Assembly: GCA_028693335.1 (NCBI GenBank) | Contig: JAQUVR010000007.1 | Location: forward strand, 1-12,184 | Direction of reading: 5' to 3' | DNA from: Candidatus Iainarchaeum sp. | GTDB lineage: Archaea; Iainarchaeota; Iainarchaeia; Iainarchaeales; CSSED10-239 | DNA length: 12,184 nt | Shown here: positions 1 through 5,695 of the stretch, piece by piece | How positions within the stretch are numbered: position 1 is the stretch's first letter | Layout: the number at the start of each line of letters is the position of its first letter | Position numbers and translations under genes: made by a program | Notes under the pieces: model-generated | Seen by the model: the letters and a program-made list of their open reading frames with translations, nothing else | Databases searched by the model: none | Told to the model about the DNA's origin: nothing

Positions 1-158
1 ATTCTAATGAACCTTTAAGACTTTCTGCTTCTCAAAGCAGCACTATATATCAAAATTTTTTTAAAGGCACAATGTTTGATTTCAAATTTTATGATCGTGT
101 TTTAACTGATCAAGAAATTTATGATTATTATTCTATACTCATTAATCCATTAGATTAA
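1..158 (+). CDS. 3' end of a LamG-like (concanavalin A-like lectin/glucanase fold) domain protein; partial, continues upstream of the window
   Basis: The frame starting at nt 3 is open to the TAA at 156-158. It translates to SNEPLRLSASQSSTIYQNFFKGTMFDFKFYDRVLTDQEIYDYYSILINPLD*. The FKGTMFDFKFYDRVLTDQEIYDYY segment matches the characteristic C-terminal signature of Laminin_G_3/LamG domains (G-x-hydrophobic-D-[ED]-hydrophobic-R-hydrophobic-Y-[ND]-R-x-L-[ST]-x-x-E-I). It is absent from the ORF track because it has no start codon in the window. Confidence 0.55.
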   Translation, partial: SNEPLRLSASQSSTIYQNFFKGTMFDFKFYDRVLTDQEIYDYYSILINPLD

Positions 159-299
159 TATTATAAACATTTATTTCTTTAATATGCCGTATTATGTTTA
201 ATAAAAGATCTGCAATGATAATGGGAGATAGAACAACAGGAGTCTGTCATAAGGTGTGGTTAAGATAAGCTCAACACAAACTATTTTTGATTAAATATT

Positions 300-355
300 T
301 ATTTTTAAACTTAACTACTTATTTTGAAGTCAACACCTATTTTTAAACTTAACTA
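300..355 (+). repeat. 18-bp perfect direct repeat TATTTTTAAACTTAACTA (300-317 and 338-355), each preceded by TCAACAC; TATA-box-like core
   Basis: The repeat was read directly from the sequence. TCAACAC occurs at 271-277 and 330-336, and CTATTTTT at 281-288 and 337-344. A third TTAACTA lies at 371-377. Confidence 0.7.
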
Positions 356-430
356 ATCCAAGTATATATATTAACTATACAAAGTTAATTGTTAATCTTA
401 TGATTAACATCACTAAAAAACACAAAAACC

Positions 431-460
431 CCCTTTTTTCGCCCTTTTTTAAAAAAGGGC
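431..460. promoter_or_regulatory. GC-clamped T6A6 element: CCCTTTTTT at 431-439 and 442-450 (direct, 11-bp spacing) plus an inverted copy at 451-459, forming the perfect 20-bp palindrome GCCCTTTTTTAAAAAAGGGC (441-460)
   Basis: The element was read directly from the sequence. It holds the only C/G clusters in an otherwise AT-only stretch and sits 21-27 nt upstream of the preferred start codons at 481/487. Its function is uncertain: TATA box, operator, hairpin or bidirectional oligo-T terminator. Confidence 0.5.
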
Positions 461-480
461 ATCTTTTGATAATAAAAGGA

Positions 481-1419
481 ATGATTATGAACAAAAAAAA
501 ACCTTTAATCATTGTTTTTTTAATAACAATTATGTTATCTATATTTGTAAATAATATTTTTGCAAGCGAGATCAACTATAACTTTACAGAAACGGTTGTT
601 CTTTATGATAAAGCTGTTTCATATGATCTGACCCTTTATAATGCATCAAATGAATCTCAATTGTACACAATTAACACCTATACCACACCATTTGAAGTAA
701 CATTAATTCCAGAAACAATAAGACTAGCTCCAAGAGAAAGAGGAAAAATTACTTTTTTGTTTGAACCTCTTCTGGATCAATTAGAGTCTGTTTATAGCTC
801 TAATTTTAGAATTACTTCTAATAATGAAATAAAAACAGTATATTTTAATATTAATCAAAAATCAAATAAATTTTGTCCATTGGATTTAAGGATAAATAAT
901 GTTATTAATGATGATAATTTGTCATTTATTTTAAGAATAGAAAATACAACTACTAAAAATTATAATTTAGAATTAATAGATCTAGAAAATATAAAAGATT
1001 TTAATAAATCATCAATAACATCTAATAGAGAAGAAACAATTGAGCGAGAGTTTGTTTTTTCTGATTTTAATAGATCTTTACAAAAGACTGTTTTAATATA
1101 TAAATGTAATAATATACAAAACACAAAAGAAATAGTAATACCAAAAAAAGAAATAGAAGACACCATTGATGAAAATACAACCGATTTAACAGGGTTTATT
1201 GGTTTTGCAGATTTAAGTTTCTTAAATGTCTTTTTCCAATCAGTGGCTACCATTAATTTTGGTTTTTTAACTGTTTTTTATAATTCTTTAATTTCTATTG
1301 ATTTTATGGTGATTTTGAATTCAATAATTACTCATATAATTTTAATTGTTATTTTAATATTTTTAATTTTGTCTTTTACAACCAGATATATAAAATATCT
1401 ATATAATTTAAAAAAATAA
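481..1419 (+). CDS. Secreted/membrane-anchored hypothetical surface protein with about two beta-sandwich-like domains and a long C-terminal hydrophobic region
   Basis: The ORF track gives 400-1419, but the first 27 codons would sit in front of a classic Sec signal peptide (MIMNKKKPLIIVFLITIMLSIFVNNIFA|SE). I therefore prefer the ATG at 481, or at 487, which lies 6 nt after AGGA at 477-480. The mature part has alternating-hydrophobic beta-strand patterns (YDLTLYNASNESQLYTINTY; PRERGKITFLFEP; LSFILRIENTTTKNYNLELI). It carries many N-x-S/T sequons (NFT, NAS, NES, NTT, NKS, NRS, NTT). The C-terminus is about 75 aa of hydrophobic sequence ending in a basic tail (RYIKYLYNLKK). I recognise no enzymatic motif. 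Confidence 0.65.
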   Translation: MIMNKKKPLIIVFLITIMLSIFVNNIFASEINYNFTETVVLYDKAVSYDLTLYNASNESQLYTINTYTTPFEVTLIPETIRLAPRERGKITFLFEPLLDQLESVYSSNFRITSNNEIKTVYFNINQKSNKFCPLDLRINNVINDDNLSFILRIENTTTKNYNLELIDLENIKDFNKSSITSNREETIEREFVFSDFNRSLQKTVLIYKCNNIQNTKEIVIPKKEIEDTIDENTTDLTGFIGFADLSFLNVFFQSVATINFGFLTVFYNSLISIDFMVILNSIITHIILIVILIFLILSFTTRYIKYLYNLKK

Positions 1420-1435
1420 AAAAATGTGATATATT

Positions 1436-3277
1436 ATGAAAAAAATGAATCTTGTAATTGGAATAATAATTTTATTTTCTTTTATAAATATTGGATTAGT
1501 TTCTGCTAGTGCAATAAATAATGTAGATCTAATCTTTGATAAGGAGTATTATTCTGTAATGGAAGATACTAGTCTAAGAGTTGGATTTACAATACACAAT
1601 AGAAATAATTTTGATATAAAATTATTTGCATATACTGAGTGTGATAATGATGATATTGTTTGTGATTATAGTAAAACAGTTAATATATCTAAAAATTCAT
1701 CAATTACCAGTTCTTTTTATGTCACCGGAATAGATGATTATAGTTCAACAGTAAGAATCTATTTAAGAGGAATGGATAATCAAACTAATGGTCAAGAAAT
1801 AGATTTTTCTACATATATTGATGTTGTAAGAGATTCTGACGATTCAGATTTTGAGATTGATTTTAGAAATTATTCTCTTTGTATAGGTAAATCTAATGAA
1901 CTAACATTAGAAATAGATAATTATAATCAAAACGATTTTTATGATCTAAGACTTGAAAGTAATTATTTAATTTTTGATCAAGTTACTAGTAATCCAGTGT
2001 ATTTAGGTAATGATGTAAAGCAAGTAAAATATTTAGTAACTGTCCCAAAAGAGGTTTTACCCGGAACAAGTTATGATGTTATTTTAAGAATAACAAATGA
2101 TAGAGTATCAGTAGTTAATGAGTTATCAGTAACAGTAACAGATTGTCCGGACCCAATTGATTTTAGTGTAAGTGGTCCAAGCGTTGTTTCTTATTATGTA
2201 AATAAAAACGATTCTCAAAAAGCAACATACACAATATACAATAATTCAACACATAAGAAAAAAATATTTGTTGCAGAATCTCAAGAAGATAATGATATTA
2301 TTGTAAAGATAAGTGATAGAGAGATAGAGATCTTACCAAGATCAAGTAAAACAGTAGAAATCACATTTAATGTTCCTAAAGAAATAAATTCTGGAACAAA
2401 GGAAATAGATTTATCTTTTTTTGATGGATTAAATGCTGTTTATAAAAAAGTAAGATTACAAATAAATCCAGAATACAAAATCAACACCAGAATTTTACAA
2501 GGAAATAATGTTACTTTACCAATAGGAAGATCTGTAGATTTAATGTTGGTTATTGAAAATAATGGAGATCTTTATGAGACCTTTGATATTTTAACAAATG
2601 TTTCTGGAGATATTACTCTAAGAACAAGAGAAACTAATGTAACTGTTCTACCAAAAAGTAACTATACTTTACCAATAACAGTTTCAGCTGGAAATAATAT
2701 CAAAGAAGGCGATATAGCTAGAATGGATATTAGAGTTGTTGGAAGAAATAGTGATTATTTACAAAATTTTTTAGTAAATTTTAATGTTGTAAGAAGCAGA
2801 GGTTCTTTACCAATTGAGTTTTTATCATTCCCTAAAGAAGTTTCAATTGATGCAAACACAACAGTTAAATTCCAAATTGAAATTAAAAATTTCAGTGCTG
2901 AAGATATTATAATTGATAGAATAGAAATTACTGGTCTTGCTCAAAATATTAATTACAATACACCACAAAATATTTCTTTAGCATCTCAAGAAAGAAAAAC
3001 TATTGAAGGTTCTTTATATATCGGAGATATTCAATTACAGCCTGGTGATGAAATTTTAGCAAGAATTGCTTTTATTGGCAGAGATGATGTTGTAATAGAT
3101 AAGCAATTACTTTTAAAAATACCAGAATTAGAAAAAGACGAAAAAATTCCAGAAAGATCAAAATCTACTGGTTTCTTGACTTTGAGTAGTTCTGTTCTTT
3201 TAGGAGTTATTTTAATATGTATATCAATAATTCTAATGTTTGCTATGGGTGTTTTTAAGAAAAAAGATAGATTTTAA
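1436..3277 (+). CDS. Large surface protein: Sec signal peptide, about five tandem ~105-aa beta-sandwich (CARDB/NEW3/COG1470-like) domains, single C-terminal TM anchor with basic tail
   Basis: The ORF encodes 613 aa. GTGAT (1426-1430) lies 5 nt upstream of the ATG and matches the anti-SD complement. The signal peptide is MKKMNLVIGIIILFSFINIGLVSASA|I. A strand-turn-strand signature recurs with ~105-aa period: VKQVKYLVTVPKEVLPGTSYDVILRIT, SSKTVEITFNVPKEINSGTKEIDLSF, KSNYTLPITVSAGNNIKEGDIARMDIRV, QERKTIEGSLYIGDIQLQPGDEILARIAF. It contains more than 12 N-x-S/T sequons. The C-terminus is STGFLTLSSSVLLGVILICISIILMFAMGVFKKKDRF. It starts 16 bp after the previous CDS, so the two are probably co-transcribed. 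Confidence 0.8.
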   Translation: MKKMNLVIGIIILFSFINIGLVSASAINNVDLIFDKEYYSVMEDTSLRVGFTIHNRNNFDIKLFAYTECDNDDIVCDYSKTVNISKNSSITSSFYVTGIDDYSSTVRIYLRGMDNQTNGQEIDFSTYIDVVRDSDDSDFEIDFRNYSLCIGKSNELTLEIDNYNQNDFYDLRLESNYLIFDQVTSNPVYLGNDVKQVKYLVTVPKEVLPGTSYDVILRITNDRVSVVNELSVTVTDCPDPIDFSVSGPSVVSYYVNKNDSQKATYTIYNNSTHKKKIFVAESQEDNDIIVKISDREIEILPRSSKTVEITFNVPKEINSGTKEIDLSFFDGLNAVYKKVRLQINPEYKINTRILQGNNVTLPIGRSVDLMLVIENNGDLYETFDILTNVSGDITLRTRETNVTVLPKSNYTLPITVSAGNNIKEGDIARMDIRVVGRNSDYLQNFLVNFNVVRSRGSLPIEFLSFPKEVSIDANTTVKFQIEIKNFSAEDIIIDRIEITGLAQNINYNTPQNISLASQERKTIEGSLYIGDIQLQPGDEILARIAFIGRDDVVIDKQLLLKIPELEKDEKIPERSKSTGFLTLSSSVLLGVILICISIILMFAMGVFKKKDRF

Positions 3278-4908
3278 ATTTTTAGATTATTGAAAACATT
3301 TTTATCTTTTTCAACATCTTTTATTTTCTTTTCTACAAGTTTCATTGTTTTATTCATTTTTTCAATATTTTTATCAATGATTGCAATAAACTGTTCTTTA
3401 AATTGATCTATTTCATTAATTTTATCTTGAGCAACTTGTATTTTTTTAATTTCTGATTCCAGTTTTTCAGATACTTGATCTATCGTCCTAATTTTTCCTT
3501 TAATTTCTTGTGTTATTGCCGACTCATAAATATTTAATGCACCAGATATTTTTTCATCAATACTTTCTAATAGTAACTTTTGGAAATCAGATAATTCATT
3601 AATTTTTTTAGTTATAATCTCTGGATCTGTTTTTGAAACTATTGTGTTTTTGACATTATTTAATTCCAAAAATTGTTTTTCAATTTCATTTTTATAAGCG
3701 TCTTTTGCTTTTGTTAAAAATTCGCGTTTAACAAGTTCAAATCTATCTTCATATCTTGCAGCTAATTTTTGTTTAAATGATTCTAATTCTGATAATTTTT
3801 CATAAAGTTCTTTTGGATTTATTTGACTAGATACTTTTTCTTTGAAATCATTAAGTTTCTTTACTTCTTCTGTTATTGCATTTTGTGTGTTTTTTACAAG
3901 TCCTTGTGTTATTCTTGATTGCAATGCTAAGATATCATTTATTTCTTTAAGTTTTGCATTAATTTTTGTGGTTGTTGTTATTGTTAGTTTATTTAAGTTG
4001 TCTTGAACGACTTTGTTGTTTTGTTGTAATTGTGATCCAAGTTCATTAACATTACCAATAACTGTTTCTAATTCATTTTTTCCACTGTTTATTTCTTCAA
4101 TTTTTTTATTTAATTTTGCTTGTTCTATTTTTAACATCGCAAGTTGTTTTGTGATTTGTATATTTGCTGCTTGTTCTTGTTGACTGATCATGTCTGTAAT
4201 TTTACTTAATAATAATTGTTTATTTGTCTCTTGAATTTTTTTATATTTTTCAAGCTCTTGATCAATTCTTGTTTTTAGATATTCTTCCATTCTTGTTTGT
4301 TTCTGTTCAATTTCTGAAAGTTTTGTGTTAATTGTTGTGGCAAGGCCAGTTTCCCAAACATTTTGATTTGCTTTTATGGTTTGTGGTTTAAATATTTCTG
4401 GTTCTTTTAATGGTTCTATTGTTGTTTTTTTTGCTTTTTCTAGACTGTTTAATTTTTCATTAAAATCAGAATATATCTTTTCAGATATATTTTCTTCAAT
4501 ATTTGTATCTTCTTTTGTTGTATTTAATTTATCAAGATCTAAATCTTTTGTAATATCTGGAAGAGAAGAGTCAGCTTCTGTTATTTCTGTTTTATCAGTA
4601 TCTGGCAATTCTTGAACACTATTTTTCAATTCAGATATTTCATCAGAATCAGAATTAAAGAAATCATCAGGAATTTCATTTGTTCTAAATGCTGATGCTA
4701 CTGTTTCTTTTTTTACTGTGTTTTGTGGTTTTGCAAAAGATATTTCCTCATCTTTTTTCTCATCATTAGTGTGAGATGATTTTATTAACTCATCACAATC
4801 TGTATCGGACAGACCCATCTTTACTAAATTATCTTTTATTTCTTTATCAGACATTCCTAAACTTTTAAGTTTTTTAATATTTTCAATAATTCTGGGGTCA
4901 GGAATCAT
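3274..4908 (-). CDS. Orphan coiled-coil protein: small N-terminal helical domain, acidic disordered linker, ~350-aa heptad-rich C-terminal region; no TM segment or signal peptide
   Basis: The ORF encodes 544 aa. The N-terminus MIPDPRIIENIKKLKSLGMSDKEIKDNLVKMGLSDTDCDELIKS contains two G[ML]SD-x-[ED] helix-turn units. Residues ~46-185 are D/E/S/T/K-rich and low in complexity. From ~190 onward the sequence is a continuous K/E/Q/I/L/N-rich helical repeat (for example QLAMLKIEQAKLNKKIEEINSGKNELETVIGNVNELGSQLQQ). I see no P-loop or other catalytic motif. It starts 6 bp after the adk stop. Confidence 0.8.
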   Translation of the reverse strand: MIPDPRIIENIKKLKSLGMSDKEIKDNLVKMGLSDTDCDELIKSSHTNDEKKDEEISFAKPQNTVKKETVASAFRTNEIPDDFFNSDSDEISELKNSVQELPDTDKTEITEADSSLPDITKDLDLDKLNTTKEDTNIEENISEKIYSDFNEKLNSLEKAKKTTIEPLKEPEIFKPQTIKANQNVWETGLATTINTKLSEIEQKQTRMEEYLKTRIDQELEKYKKIQETNKQLLLSKITDMISQQEQAANIQITKQLAMLKIEQAKLNKKIEEINSGKNELETVIGNVNELGSQLQQNNKVVQDNLNKLTITTTTKINAKLKEINDILALQSRITQGLVKNTQNAITEEVKKLNDFKEKVSSQINPKELYEKLSELESFKQKLAARYEDRFELVKREFLTKAKDAYKNEIEKQFLELNNVKNTIVSKTDPEIITKKINELSDFQKLLLESIDEKISGALNIYESAITQEIKGKIRTIDQVSEKLESEIKKIQVAQDKINEIDQFKEQFIAIIDKNIEKMNKTMKLVEKKIKDVEKDKNVFNNLKI

Positions 4909-4914
4909 AAAAAC

Positions 4915-5475
4915 TTACACTTTTTTTAGTTTTTTTAAAATTTCATTATGAACTTCTGGTATTGTTTGTTTTCCATTAATATCTATTAACAAACCCATAT
5001 TTTCATAATATTTTAAAACTGGTTTAGTATCTTTGAAATAGATATTAAATCTTTTTTCTATAATTTCTTTTGTGTCATCAGATCTTTTTCTAAGTAACAT
5101 TCTTTTAACACATTCGTTTTTTGGAACATTAATAAATATTATTCCTTTTAGTTTGTAATTTTTTGTATGTAAAAAATAATTAAAAATTACCGCTTGATTA
5201 GTTACTCTTGGAAAACCATCTAAAATTATTTTCTTAGATCTTTCTTTTTGTATTTTTTTAAATAATAAATCACAAGCAATATTGTCTGGTGCTAAATTTC
5301 CTTTGCTTATTAATTGATGAATGTGTTTTCCGATCTTTGTGTTTTTTTTAATTTCTTCTTTTAAGACATCACTCATAATTATACTTTTATATTTTAATTT
5401 TTTAGAAAGTAATTCATTTTGTGTGCTTTTGCCACTACCGGCTGGTCCAAGTATAATTAGTATTTCTTTTGTCAT
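4915..5475 (-). CDS. adk: Adenylate kinase, short-LID bacterial/eukaryotic ADK-family type
   Basis: The P-loop is ILGPAGSGKSTQ. Also present are the NMP-binding region (SDVLKEEI...G.L.PD), the DGFPR motif and the short LID motif RKRSDDTKEIIEKRF. The length is 186 aa and there is no Cys4 zinc LID insertion. Confidence 0.9.
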   Translation of the reverse strand: MTKEILIILGPAGSGKSTQNELLSKKLKYKSIIMSDVLKEEIKKNTKIGKHIHQLISKGNLAPDNIACDLLFKKIQKERSKKIILDGFPRVTNQAVIFNYFLHTKNYKLKGIIFINVPKNECVKRMLLRKRSDDTKEIIEKRFNIYFKDTKPVLKYYENMGLLIDINGKQTIPEVHNEILKKLKKV

Positions 5476-5554
5476 GTTATTATTTTTTTATGTTTTTTTG
5501 CTATTATATTTTAAAGGTTATATAATATATATCTATATATTAGTAATTATACTA

Positions 5555-5582
5555 ATATTTAAAAAGATTGTTTTTTATATTT
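5555..5582 (+). promoter_or_regulatory. Candidate archaeal TATA region for the tRNA gene
   Basis: TTTAAAA (5558-5564) and TTTATATT (5574-5581) lie 17-40 nt upstream of the mature tRNA 5' end at 5598. In such AT-rich DNA these motifs are weak evidence, and I cannot tell which one is used. Confidence 0.25.
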
Positions 5583-5597
5583 AACTATCAAAAAATT

Positions 5598-5672
5598 AGG
5601 CAAGTAGCATAGCCAGGATAATGCACAAGCCTCCTAAGCTTGGGACCGTGGGTTCGAATCCCACCTTGCCTG
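5598..5672 (+). tRNA. tRNA-Arg (anticodon CCU), 75 nt, no intron, CCA not encoded
   Basis: I folded the cloverleaf by hand. The acceptor stem is AGGCAAG/CTTGCCT (7 bp) followed by U8 A9. The D arm is GCAT-AGCCAGGATA-ATGC. The anticodon arm is CAAGC-CTCCTAA-GCTTG, with U33 and anticodon CCT at positions 34-36. The variable loop is GGACC. The T arm is GTGGG-TTCGAAT-CCCAC and the discriminator is G. The downstream bases are CTAC, so CCA is not encoded. Confidence 0.9.
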
Positions 5673-5676
5673 CTAC

Positions 5677-5683
5677 TTTTTTT
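5677..5683 (+). terminator. Oligo-T (T7) archaeal-type termination signal after the tRNA
   Basis: A run of seven T begins 5 nt after the discriminator base. Archaeal RNA polymerase terminates at runs of T5 or longer. Confidence 0.55.
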
Positions 5684-5695
5684 ATTAGTCACTGA

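Noticed and set aside
187-277. A slightly GC-richer patch in the intergenic spacer with a 17-codon micro-ORF (215-268, MIMGDRTTGVCHKVWLR) and a C-box-like AATGATAA; I considered a C/D-box sRNA or small peptide gene
   Set aside because: The C box (RUGAUGA) is imperfect and there is no proper D box (CUGA); the sequence has only CTGT. I found no convincing terminal stem, and no SD or promoter positioned for the micro-ORF. I cannot separate it from chance or a decayed gene remnant without conservation or transcript data.
400-480. N-terminal extension of the first surface-protein ORF (MINITKKHKNPLFSPFFKKGHLLIIKG) as given in the ORF track
   Set aside because: It would put 27 residues in front of an otherwise textbook signal peptide. 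It is encoded by the CCCTTTTTT/T6A6 palindrome region, which looks regulatory rather than coding. In-frame ATGs at 481/487 with an adjacent AGGA are more plausible starts.
375-575. 66-aa ORF on the - strand overlapping the start of the first surface-protein gene
   Set aside because: It is antisense to a well-supported CDS and to the regulatory spacer. It is a low-complexity I/K/F-rich product of the kind AT-rich antisense frames typically generate.
960-1253. 97-aa antisense ORF inside the first surface-protein gene. Similar antisense ORFs lie at 4376-4615, 5321-5584, 6018-6281, 6483-6791, 7747-7968, 10209-10403 and 11424-11642.
   Set aside because: Each lies entirely or largely within a longer opposite-strand CDS that carries clear family motifs. 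None has a recognisable motif, and all have the skewed F/I/L/S/K composition expected from reading AT-rich coding DNA in the wrong frame.
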